A DNA stretch of 64,000 nucleotides from an uncultured Gammaproteobacteria bacterium. Lineage in GTDB: Bacteria; Patescibacteriota; Patescibacteriia; UBA9934. The stretch is from contig CAZKGL010000001.1 in NCBI GenBank assembly GCA_964552565.1, positions 435,061-499,060 on the forward strand. Reading direction: 5' to 3'. The translations under genes and the position numbers were made by a program. Every line of letters starts with the position of its first letter. Position 1 is the stretch's first letter. The notes under the pieces were generated by a model. That model searched no databases and was not told the DNA's origin. It saw nothing but the letters and a program-made list of their open reading frames with translations. Positions 47,291-55,704 of this stretch are shown one piece after another.

Positions 47291-49339
47291 ATGGGAAAGA
47301 AAGGAACAACGGTCGAAGGTGGGCTCGCCGGGCTTGGCGCAGCCATTGAAGCACAGGGGAAGCAGGCGGCCGCACCGGCGCCCGAGGCGGCTCCGGCAAA
47401 AGCGCCGGCGGCAAAGGCGGAAAAAAAACCCGCGCAACCTCCCGCGCCGAAAAAGAAGGCAGCCCCAGCGCCCGCACCGGCGTCGGAAGTCAAAAAGGCT
47501 GCTCCGCGCTCCGCGCGCCAGGAACGGCAGGCCAGTGCGACGACGCCGCAACGGGTGGAAACTGCGCCCGAGGCGGCACGGCGCGTGATGCGCGAAGCTC
47601 AAGAACTGCGTGACCGTGAGTATAGGGATGCAACCGCGCTCTTTGAGGAAACGCGTGCGGGAATCCAGGAAATCGATGGCGGCGACCCTCGCATCCAAAA
47701 GCTCCCTGAAACGAAGGCGCTCCGTGCCAAACTCTTCAAGGCAAACGAAGGGGCGCTGCGCGAGATGACGCAGTATGAGTACCACATGCTCTTGCCCGAC
47801 CTCGCGGCCGAGCTTCAGCGTATTGATGCGGCACGTGCGGGTAACATGGAAGATGAGGATTTGAAACGGCGTGCACACGAAGTCAATGAGCTCATTAACG
47901 ACATCGACGATCGGGCGGCGCAGTTCAAGATTGGTGAGTACGCGGTAAAGAAGGAGAAAAAGGCCGCGGCTCCAACGGAAGTCGCCCCGGAACCTGCGCC
48001 AAAGGCCGAGGTGGCTCCGGCGCCCGCTGAACCCAAGGTCGAAGAACTCGACACGGATACGCTCATCGCCAAGGAGCGCGAGCGGCGCGAAGCGGAGATT
48101 ACGGCCGCGCAGGCCGAGCTCGCAGGCATTGAACCCGACATCGCGAAGCTGAGCGCCATCCCGAAGCGCGAACGCACGCTTGCCATGCAGCAGCGGCTCG
48201 ACCAGCTTGAAGCGCGGTCGTTGGAATTGAAGAAGGCGTTGCCGGCTGCAGAGGCGGTCGTGGAACAAACCCCAGACCTCGGTCCGGAAGCGAAGAAGTA
48301 TCTCGGCGCCATCGAAAAGGTCCGCAAGAGCGCAACAGGCCTGCGCGAATTGAGCGAAGGTTTCTTGAACGAAAAGGCCGCGGTCGTCGCCGCGAACGCG
48401 GAGATCGCACGCAACCATGAAACAGTCGAGGCGACGTTCACCGCGCTGCGCGACGATATCAATGAGAAGCTGAAGGCGCTGCCAGACTACATGAAAGACG
48501 CCCTCTCCGCGGCGGTCGGCAGCAAGCGTGCACCGAAGGATGCTGGGCAGCTGACAAAGCTGAAAATGTGGTTCGATGCCTGGAAGGGCAAAGTGAAGCC
48601 GGGTTTCTGGAGAAAAAACTTCGGTGACTGGGATTACGAGAAGATCCAGGAGCTGGAGGCGATGGCCGAGGATCCGCGCATTGCGGAAATGGAGGCCCTG
48701 GAACAGCAGAACGACGAGATCCGCCTCCGCGGCGTATCGAGCGAACAGGAGCAGCATCGGTACATTACGAAGATCGAGGAGTACGCCTCCGCGATGGCGA
48801 ACGAAGTCCCCGCCGTTCCTGAGGGGCTCACAAAGGATGAACAGGCCGCAATAAAGGCGACGTTCGACGAGATCAACCGCGAGATGAACCTCGTGAAGCT
48901 CCCTTCCGAAGTCAGCCGAGCGGCGTCACGCAACGTCGAAAAGTTCTTCAAGAACATGGGCCATGAACGCGACCTCGCCAGCGGGAAGATGACGCCAGAG
49001 CAGGCGCGCGAAAAGAAGGCGGCAGAGCACGTCCCGGAGGTCATGAAGCTGTCGGAAGATGTCGATATCGAGTTCCGGCTCCTCGACTTGGCCAAGAGCT
49101 ACGGCAGCGCGCTGCAGGGAATGAAAAAGGAATCCCCGCATTACGCGGAAACCTGGGCGAAGAAGCATGCCCTCGAATTCCTCGCGCATCGCAAGTACGT
49201 CGCAAAAGGATTCTTCATGGCAGACATCCAAAAAGCGGCAAAACGCGACCTCGGCGCCGAACTCGACCGTGCGACCATCGAGGAAGCCTGGGCGCACGCC
49301 TTCCAGATCAACCGCGACACCGCGCTTGCCGCGGCGTAA
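47291..49339 (+). CDS. Large hypothetical coiled-coil protein with Ala/Pro/Lys-rich N-terminus
   Basis: 682-aa ORF rich in E/K/A helices; TATACT box upstream. Confidence 0.75.
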   Translation: MGKKGTTVEGGLAGLGAAIEAQGKQAAAPAPEAAPAKAPAAKAEKKPAQPPAPKKKAAPAPAPASEVKKAAPRSARQERQASATTPQRVETAPEAARRVMREAQELRDREYRDATALFEETRAGIQEIDGGDPRIQKLPETKALRAKLFKANEGALREMTQYEYHMLLPDLAAELQRIDAARAGNMEDEDLKRRAHEVNELINDIDDRAAQFKIGEYAVKKEKKAAAPTEVAPEPAPKAEVAPAPAEPKVEELDTDTLIAKERERREAEITAAQAELAGIEPDIAKLSAIPKRERTLAMQQRLDQLEARSLELKKALPAAEAVVEQTPDLGPEAKKYLGAIEKVRKSATGLRELSEGFLNEKAAVVAANAEIARNHETVEATFTALRDDINEKLKALPDYMKDALSAAVGSKRAPKDAGQLTKLKMWFDAWKGKVKPGFWRKNFGDWDYEKIQELEAMAEDPRIAEMEALEQQNDEIRLRGVSSEQEQHRYITKIEEYASAMANEVPAVPEGLTKDEQAAIKATFDEINREMNLVKLPSEVSRAASRNVEKFFKNMGHERDLASGKMTPEQAREKKAAEHVPEVMKLSEDVDIEFRLLDLAKSYGSALQGMKKESPHYAETWAKKHALEFLAHRKYVAKGFFMADIQKAAKRDLGAELDRATIEEAWAHAFQINRDTALAAA

Positions 49340-49345
49340 GACACA

Positions 49346-49377
49346 ACAAAACGATGTCCGTCCGGACATCGTTTTGT
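49346..49377. repeat. Palindrome related to the 34-bp family (also a possible terminator)
   Basis: ACAAAACGATGTC-CGTCCG-GACATCGTTTTGT between convergent genes. Confidence 0.6.
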
Positions 49378-49384
49378 GTACTGG

Positions 49385-49732
49385 CTATTCTTTTTTGAAC
49401 CGCACCGAGAACGCCGGCACCCACTTCACATTCGCGTCATCGACGATCTCGACGTTTTCGTTTGCAAGAAATTTGTTGAGCGCGATATCGGCGAGCATCT
49501 CTTGGTCGCCTTTGATGTCCGCCTTCAGCGCCTCGATCTCCGTGATGTCGCCCGGCGAACGGACTTCGTTTTCGATCGACTTCTTTTCCTCGCGCAACTT
49601 CTGCAGTTCTTCCACAATCTCCTGATAGCGCGGGTGGACCGAGAGCTCATCCTGGAATGACTTGTTCAAATCCCGCCGCTTGCGCTTCTTCTCCTGTAAC
49701 CGCTTGTAAACCGCTTCGAGGGTGTTCGACAT
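49385..49732 (-). CDS. Hypothetical coiled-coil protein
   Basis: 115-aa charged helical ORF; TG-TATAAT upstream. Confidence 0.8.
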   Translation of the reverse strand: MSNTLEAVYKRLQEKKRKRRDLNKSFQDELSVHPRYQEIVEELQKLREEKKSIENEVRSPGDITEIEALKADIKGDQEMLADIALNKFLANENVEIVDDANVKWVPAFSVRFKKE

Positions 49733-49826
49733 AGCAAAAAGAGTGAATCAGCGGGCGTCATTATACCACGTCGAGCCCCGCCCGACGTAACGCAAAAAAG
49801 AGCCGGCCGGCTCTTTTTGCGGACAG

Positions 49827-50480
49827 TTACTTGAGCAACTGCAGTCCGAAGTGATAGTTGCCAACGATGCGCTCGGCGGCCTGCTTGTCCTTCACGACAT
49901 ACAGGCCCGCCATCGTGAACATTGCGTCGTCGCCATTCTTGCTCGAGCCCGCCTTCTCCGCCTGGTCGAGGAAATAGCGGATCTTCACCGTCCCAGCCGG
50001 AACCTTGAACACGCCCGAGCTCACGGTCCATTCTCCGCTTTTCGCGTCCTTCCGGATGGTCGCCTGCCCCTTAAAGCGGCTCATGATCTTCCCGTCGGCG
50101 CCCATGGCGTAGCCGTGAATGACCGGCAGGCCGGTGATGTCGTTCGCGCGGACGGTCTCGGCCTTGGTGTACGCGACAAACACGACGTGCTCGCCGGCGC
50201 GGCCGCTGACCGCAACATCCTTATACGCCTGCTCGGACTCGCTCCCGTTCTCGGTGAGCGTCACCGTTCCGTCGCTTGCAACGCTGACCCCGCCCTGTGT
50301 CACCCAGTTTCCGGGAGCCAAAAGGTTGACCGGCGCGGTCATGTGGCGGAACCGGGGGGTATGCTCCCCTTTTGCCCACGCGGCGGCCGGAGAAAGCGAA
50401 AACGCGCCAAGCAGCGCGATCACACCTGCCTTTACGAGCGGAAGTTGCATAGCAAACACGTTAAGGTTCTTGAACTTCAT
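49827..50480 (-). CDS. Hypothetical secreted beta-rich protein (start may be 50450)
   Basis: Signal peptide ending AAWA; jelly-roll-like pattern (W...SG.F.VP.GT..IR). Confidence 0.7.
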   Translation of the reverse strand: MKFKNLNVFAMQLPLVKAGVIALLGAFSLSPAAAWAKGEHTPRFRHMTAPVNLLAPGNWVTQGGVSVASDGTVTLTENGSESEQAYKDVAVSGRAGEHVVFVAYTKAETVRANDITGLPVIHGYAMGADGKIMSRFKGQATIRKDAKSGEWTVSSGVFKVPAGTVKIRYFLDQAEKAGSSKNGDDAMFTMAGLYVVKDKQAAERIVGNYHFGLQLLK

Positions 50481-50494
50481 TCATAGCACAGCCG

Positions 50495-51094
50495 CTAGCG
50501 CTTCTTCCAGTCCCCGCCCCGAAAACGGTTACGTGGAGCCAAAAAATGCCAGTCGTGCGGATTGGCGGCGACGAGCGCTTTCCTGAGCTTCTTCGCCGAG
50601 GCGGTGTAGAGCTTCGGCGGGAGGTAGGTGTCGCGGTTTTCCTTCCAGAGGTCGCGCAGCGCGATGCCCTGCGCATGCGCCTCGCGCAGTTCCAGGTCGA
50701 CGTCGAGGTTGTCGGCGTCCTTCACGACCTGCGCCGCCTTCGTCTTCCGCTCCTCGTATTCGCGGAGGACCTCCCGCATGTCCTCCTCGTGGATGGTGTC
50801 AGCAAGCATGTCCCCGATCGCCGCATGCTCGTCGCGCGTCACATACTGCCGCTGGACGTAGTTGACGTCCCCGCAGCGGCTCTCGGCAAGGTCGTGGATG
50901 AGCGCCATCTTGAGCACCTTCTCATGGTCGCGCACCTTTTCCATCCGCGCCAACGTCAATGCAATCCACGCGACGCGGAACGCGTGCTCGGCGTTGTTCG
51001 CCGCGCCGGGGTAGAGGAAGTGCTTCCACGTGCGGTCGACGAACCGGAACGCGCTCGCCTCGTACAAAAACTCGATGTCGCGCTTCATCGTCAT
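50495..51094 (-). CDS. HD-domain phosphohydrolase (YfbR/HDDC2-like)
   Basis: AEHAFRV, ALIHDLAE..GD, VKDADNLD. Confidence 0.88.
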   Translation of the reverse strand: MTMKRDIEFLYEASAFRFVDRTWKHFLYPGAANNAEHAFRVAWIALTLARMEKVRDHEKVLKMALIHDLAESRCGDVNYVQRQYVTRDEHAAIGDMLADTIHEEDMREVLREYEERKTKAAQVVKDADNLDVDLELREAHAQGIALRDLWKENRDTYLPPKLYTASAKKLRKALVAANPHDWHFLAPRNRFRGGDWKKR

Positions 51095-51522
51095 AGGCCG
51101 AAAAACATGCGTACCAACGTGTCGTTGTCTTTCACGAGCGTCATGCCGAGCGCCTCGTGGGGCGTCGCCCAGCACGCGTCCTTGTGCTCTGCGGGGCTCA
51201 CGACGAGCTCGGGAAGATGTTCGAGATCGAGCGCGAACTCGTGGAAGATAAAATCGTATTGCGGGTAGCGGACATAGACCGTCTGCGCAAACCGATAGCG
51301 ATCCGGCGGCATCGTGATGCCCGTTTCCTCGCCGACTTCACGCGCGATGGCCGCGTCGAGCGCCTCGCCCTTGCCGATCTTCCCACCCGGCGTCCCCCAC
51401 TTGTTGCCTTCGTCCTTGTCGTCATTGCGCAGGAGCAACAGGAACTTGCCGCCGTGCTGGACGTAGCAACTGACGACCTCAAACTTCGGCTGGAACGCCT
51501 CGGGCGGCAAAGTGTGGATCAT
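51091..51522 (-). CDS. NUDIX hydrolase
   Basis: PGGKIGKGEALDAAIAREVGEETGI Nudix box. Confidence 0.92.
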   Translation of the reverse strand: MIHTLPPEAFQPKFEVVSCYVQHGGKFLLLLRNDDKDEGNKWGTPGGKIGKGEALDAAIAREVGEETGITMPPDRYRFAQTVYVRYPQYDFIFHEFALDLEHLPELVVSPAEHKDACWATPHEALGMTLVKDNDTLVRMFFGL

Positions 51523-52079
51523 ACGACCGCCGCAAGGGCTTCAGGAAGCTCGGTAATGCCGTTGTCTTCGGTGATATGTCCGTGGTTCGGCAGGACGGAG
51601 ATCGCCGCGAGCGGGAATTCGCCGACGAACAGCCGGACGTTTTCCTTGAGCGGGACGTGCGGATCATCATCCGAGAAGATGAGGGAGAGCTTTGGGCAGT
51701 GCGCGCGCACGGACTCGAAATCAATGGGCGTCTCGAGCCACGGTTTCGCGACCGCCTGCTCTTCTTCGCCCTCAAGGCCGGTGAGGTGGAGCCACGGCGC
51801 AACGAGCACCGCCTGCGCGACCGGTGTGTTGATGGACGCGAGGTAGCGCAGCACCGCCTGGCAGCCGATGCTGTGCCCAATCAAGACGAGCTGATCGTCG
51901 GTTTCGCCGACCGCATCCGAAAGCGATTTCGCCCACGCATCGATGGTCGGGTTATCGGCGTCGGGGATGGTCGGCGTCAGCACGGTGAATCCCTTTGCTT
52001 CGAGCTCCCCGCGGAGCCACGGATACCAGTCGCTCTCCGGCGACCCGCTCCAACGGTGGACGATAACGGCACGCTGCAT
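51519..52079 (-). CDS. RBBP9/YdeN-family alpha/beta hydrolase
   Basis: VH.W.G....WYPWL, GHSIG, SDDDPHVP, GH. Confidence 0.9.
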   Translation of the reverse strand: MQRAVIVHRWSGSPESDWYPWLRGELEAKGFTVLTPTIPDADNPTIDAWAKSLSDAVGETDDQLVLIGHSIGCQAVLRYLASINTPVAQAVLVAPWLHLTGLEGEEEQAVAKPWLETPIDFESVRAHCPKLSLIFSDDDPHVPLKENVRLFVGEFPLAAISVLPNHGHITEDNGITELPEALAAVV

Positions 52080-52093
52080 ATGGGATGAGTCTA

Positions 52094-52291
52094 TCACGCA
52101 GTGAAGTCTGCCTGCCATTCGGGGTTCAGTTCGTCGAATGTATTGCGGCAATGCGGACAGACGACGTGCAGCATGATGCCGCGCGCATCGTCGCGAACCG
52201 TACCGTCCCATACCGCCATCTTGCCGCAGTTCGGACATTCGGAGCGATAGCGGCCTGTCGGAAGGCGGTTTGTATATGGCGCGTTCTCCAT
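52094..52291 (-). CDS. Small zinc-ribbon protein
   Basis: CPNC...CPHC; tightly coupled to neighbours. Confidence 0.6.
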   Translation of the reverse strand: MENAPYTNRLPTGRYRSECPNCGKMAVWDGTVRDDARGIMLHVVCPHCRNTFDELNPEWQADFTA

Positions 52292-52293
52292 AC

Positions 52294-52734
52294 TTATGCG
52301 AGAGCAAGTTTCTGTTTTGTAAATCCAAAATGCTCTTCATCGATGAGTTCGATGAGACTCGGCCGGAGCACATACCATGCGTCGCCCTGCAGGACGTCGT
52401 CCTCGGGCGCGGGCGCTGGCTTGTTGCGTTTGGCGAAGTGCTTCACGGCAAGGTCGTGGCGCGGTCCGTCGATTTTCTCCGCCATGCCCGCAACCTGCAC
52501 GCCGAGGTTCATGTCGCCCCGCGCGTTCGCGGTAATGCTCACCGCAACACGCGCATCGTTCGCGATGGCTTTCGAATGCCGGACGTCGGGGTCGGACATC
52601 CAATACACGTTCAGATCATCGTCGAAGACGTAGATGACGTCGCTCACCCACGGTCCGCCGTCATCGACGGTCGCAAGGCTCATGAGGTAGCCGCGTTCCA
52701 GCGCAAGCCGGACGCGCGCACGGATGTCGGTCAT
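52294..52734 (-). CDS. Pyridoxamine 5'-phosphate oxidase-like (FMN split-barrel) protein
   Basis: MSLATV...PW...YW.S....RHS..I..D.RVAV. Confidence 0.85.
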   Translation of the reverse strand: MTDIRARVRLALERGYLMSLATVDDGGPWVSDVIYVFDDDLNVYWMSDPDVRHSKAIANDARVAVSITANARGDMNLGVQVAGMAEKIDGPRHDLAVKHFAKRNKPAPAPEDDVLQGDAWYVLRPSLIELIDEEHFGFTKQKLALA

Positions 52735-52813
52735 AGATGCACATACTCTACCAGCGGCGACCAGACTCGACAATGTTCGTAGAACCTGCTAGCGTATCGC
52801 GCTGGAGGTGAGC

Positions 52814-53173
52814 ATGGCTCGGTATTATCGGCCGAAAAACCGAGTCCCGAGCTGGCACCTCCGTAAGGCCAGCTACCGGGACTTCCTTGACGGGCATAAG
52901 TGCATTTTTCTCTTCCCGGCAACGGCGTTTTTCATCCGACTTGAGCGCGGGATGGATGTGCACCTCATGAACGGCAGTCACCGAACGCTGTGCCGCGTCG
53001 TCGCGAAACGCTTCTACCGCAGCCTGGAGGAGGCGGTCGAACACGAGGACCTGGAAAAAATCTGCCACGGTGACGCGGCGCAAGTCCTCGGATCGCTCGA
53101 CCGCGTGTACCACCACTCCATCTGGGACTCCGGCGCGTACGCCTTCGAGTTCGTCGTCATCAACAACTCCTGA
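52814..53173 (+). CDS. Hypothetical protein
   Basis: GGAGG RBS, GC3 bias. Confidence 0.6.
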   Translation: MARYYRPKNRVPSWHLRKASYRDFLDGHKCIFLFPATAFFIRLERGMDVHLMNGSHRTLCRVVAKRFYRSLEEAVEHEDLEKICHGDAAQVLGSLDRVYHHSIWDSGAYAFEFVVINNS

Positions 53174-53248
53174 ATACGCGCACCGCGCCGGGTTCTCCGG
53201 CGCGGTTCGTCATATCCTGCGACACCGCCTCGCGGGCGGTGTTGTTCG

Positions 53249-53551
53249 TTACTCGCGCTGATCGGCCGGTGCGTTCGCGTAATGCGCGGCGGTTTCAAAT
53301 GCGCCATCGACAGCGTCATTGATCGCATCCAGGACCCACGGGTTGGCTTCGATCGCCTTTTTCGCCTGTTCGGTAACGGCTGCCCGCAACTCGTCGGGAG
53401 TCATGCGGTCAGCCATGTCGCGGATCTGCAAGTAGATGGAATCTTTCACCTCTTCTCGCTTCGCCTCGTCCATCGGCTGCGCAAACTGCTCCATCATCGG
53501 GCCGAACTCACGACGAATATACATCGCAAGCTCCTGTTTCGGGTCACCCAT
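53249..53551 (-). CDS. Hypothetical helical protein
   Basis: 100-aa ORF with natural amino-acid composition. Confidence 0.6.
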   Translation of the reverse strand: MGDPKQELAMYIRREFGPMMEQFAQPMDEAKREEVKDSIYLQIRDMADRMTPDELRAAVTEQAKKAIEANPWVLDAINDAVDGAFETAAHYANAPADQRE

Positions 53552-53681
53552 GCGCTCACCTTCCATACTGGCATCGTAAATACTGATGACGCAAGTTTAC
53601 ACCACCCGCTGCCTGGTTGGTGTGCATAACTCAACGCCGCCTCCGGGCCAGCCCAGCTGGTTCCAAAGGCGGCGTCGCCTG

Positions 53682-53885
53682 TTAGTGGTTCTTGTTGTCG
53701 ATGCCGAACGCCGTATGGAGCCAGCACCACGCGGTGAAGCTCTCGATGAGCGCGATCCACGCGATGACGAACAGCGCCCAATTCACCGGTTCGCTGGCAT
53801 ATTCCGGGGCCCATGGACCGAGCCACCAAAACGCGAGCAGGAAACGGAGTACCCTATCGAGCTTGCCCAAATTTTGTTTGAGCAT
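53682..53885 (-). CDS. DUF2892 (YgaP-like) small membrane protein
   Basis: NLGKLDRVLR...TAWC.L...FGI. Confidence 0.8.
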   Translation of the reverse strand: MLKQNLGKLDRVLRFLLAFWWLGPWAPEYASEPVNWALFVIAWIALIESFTAWCWLHTAFGIDNKNH

Positions 53886-53936
53886 ATGCACAATGCAAAG
53901 AATAAACTGATACTACTATAGCACCCCCGACTCGCC

Positions 53937-54090
53937 GCATCTACAAAAAATGTCCGGCCGGACAAAAAGTGTAGACGGGGGGCGTTACACTTTTTTCACG
54001 ATCGTCGATTTTGTGTAACGCTCCTGGTAACCAAAACCTCACGGCCGTAAAAAATTGATATCCATCACAAAACCGCCCTTGCGAGCGGTT
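53937..54090. repeat. 154-bp direct repeat, copy 1 (three palindromes plus terminator)
   Basis: Identical by manual comparison to 55542-55695. Confidence 0.93.
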
Positions 54091-54098
54091 CTGCGGGG

Positions 54099-54743
54099 CT
54101 ATTCAAGTCGCGCAGTCGTGATAAGCCCTTCAAGTGTAGCGAAGACGGCAGCCTCGTCGACCGCCTGGATACTGCCGGGATCCCAGTTGCCGATGTTGCC
54201 GGTCGCGACGATCGCCGCAAGCTCAACGCAATTCCCATCGTGCATTGCGTGGTACACCCGCCTTTCAAAACTCGTACCCGCAGCGGCTTCTCCAATAACC
54301 CCGTAATACCATGTAACGCCGCCGATCTCTTTCGTTTCCGTAAGCTCGACGGTGCCCGTGCCATAGCGAGCGAGGTTGCACGACAAAGCCGTATCGTTTT
54401 CGCTTATCCTACTAAATGATGAAAGATGCACCCAGGCGCCAAACAGGTTGGTGCCGTCATACGGCGCCTCATCAAGAAGGAACGTCGAGCGCACGGGGGG
54501 TGGGTTGCCGTTACTGCTCAGCATGTCGATGAGTGCGCTTCCCGTCTGATAGTCGGAAGCTTCGTCGGCAGCAACGGTAAATTCGTCTGGGTCGTATGCG
54601 AGCGTCAGGCCGAGCGTGCTATCGGAGAACGTCACGCTGCTTGCTTCCGAGGAGGAGGGGGCGGGACGTAAGGCTACGATCGCCAGAAAGACGGCCGCAC
54701 AGATCAATCCGCCCATGAGTATCGCGCGTGATGCCACGGTCAT
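54099..54743 (-). CDS. Hypothetical membrane-anchored/secreted protein
   Basis: N-terminal TM; PsbP-like-looking beta-rich body with two Cys. Confidence 0.7.
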   Translation of the reverse strand: MTVASRAILMGGLICAAVFLAIVALRPAPSSSEASSVTFSDSTLGLTLAYDPDEFTVAADEASDYQTGSALIDMLSSNGNPPPVRSTFLLDEAPYDGTNLFGAWVHLSSFSRISENDTALSCNLARYGTGTVELTETKEIGGVTWYYGVIGEAAAGTSFERRVYHAMHDGNCVELAAIVATGNIGNWDPGSIQAVDEAAVFATLEGLITTARLE

Positions 54744-54848
54744 AGATAGCCTTAAGAGTACCTTGAATAATTATTCCTGCACAGCCCGCTCGTCAAGGCA
54801 ATCACAAAACCGCCCGGAGGCGGTTTTGAGTGTGACACCTCTGTTTTT

Positions 54849-55118
54849 TTACTGCCAGAACCAAATCATGTACGAGCCGCGATACCCGTTCTGATACACG
54901 CAGTTCTCGGAACCAAGTTGGATGCCGAATGGCACTTTCCTTACCCCTGGCGCCCCGTCACCGCATGGGACCACACTTGCGTCGGCGGCGAGCTTCACCG
55001 CATCCTCTCCATGTCTCGTACGAATTTTTCGCATCGCTTCGTCGGTATCCATCCATGGCGCCCAGGCGCAAAGGCCGATGACGAGCACAACAACAGCGAT
55101 AACATGGGAATATTTCAT
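54849..55118 (-). CDS. Small hypothetical membrane protein
   Basis: Hydrophobic N-terminus, WAPW, two further Cys. Confidence 0.6.
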   Translation of the reverse strand: MKYSHVIAVVVLVIGLCAWAPWMDTDEAMRKIRTRHGEDAVKLAADASVVPCGDGAPGVRKVPFGIQLGSENCVYQNGYRGSYMIWFWQ

Positions 55119-55142
55119 ATTCGCGTTCTCCGAAGTAAAAGT

Positions 55143-55493
55143 CTAGCTTTGAAGCCCGGTCCTCCGTCTCGTAGCCGCCATCACGATCGCGGATATGACC
55201 GCGAAGAAGCCAGCGTCAAGCAGGAATGCGCTGCCCGAAAAGTCATCTTCTATACCAAGGCTTCCGATAACGCTCGTCCCTGCGCTGTCCTTTAAAAATG
55301 GCCTTGGAAATCCCGCTTGCGGCAAGTATTGATAGCACAGGCCATACGGGTTGCCTTCTGTCACGGGACAAAGATTGCCCGTCATGGCCTCATAGCGCGA
55401 GCGAAACACGTAACCAGACAATACGGCCAGCACGAGCCCGAACGAAAGTGCTAACAACACGAACCGTACGCGCCCCATCGTTTTTGCTTCCAT
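55143..55493 (-). CDS. Small hypothetical 2-TM protein
   Basis: Two TM helices with a Cys pair and GFP motif between; TATAGT upstream. Confidence 0.65.
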   Translation of the reverse strand: MEAKTMGRVRFVLLALSFGLVLAVLSGYVFRSRYEAMTGNLCPVTEGNPYGLCYQYLPQAGFPRPFLKDSAGTSVIGSLGIEDDFSGSAFLLDAGFFAVISAIVMAATRRRTGLQS

Positions 55494-55541
55494 AGTCGAG
55501 TCACTATACCGCGTGCCAACAGCTTAGCAACCTCATCCTGA

Positions 55542-55695
55542 GCATCTACAAAAAATGTCCGGCCGGACAAAAAGTGTAGACGGGGGGCGTTACACTTTTT
55601 TCACGATCGTCGATTTTGTGTAACGCTCCTGGTAACCAAAACCTCACGGCCGTAAAAAATTGATATCCATCACAAAACCGCCCTTGCGAGCGGTT
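55542..55695. repeat. 154-bp direct repeat, copy 2 (includes the secA terminator)
   Basis: Identical to 53937-54090. Confidence 0.93.
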
Positions 55696-55704
55696 TTGTG
55701 CGCG

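Noticed and set aside
49791-49821. CGCAAAAAAGAGC-CGGCCG-GCTCTTTTTGCG as a member of the 34-bp palindrome family
   Set aside because: It has a CGGCCG core, but its GC stem, T tract and position right after a stop codon are fully explained by an intrinsic terminator, so it was left unassigned.
53941-54061. Mini CRISPR array from the ~43-44 bp periodicity
   Set aside because: The three units are not identical direct repeats and are separated by only ~10 bp, too short for spacers.
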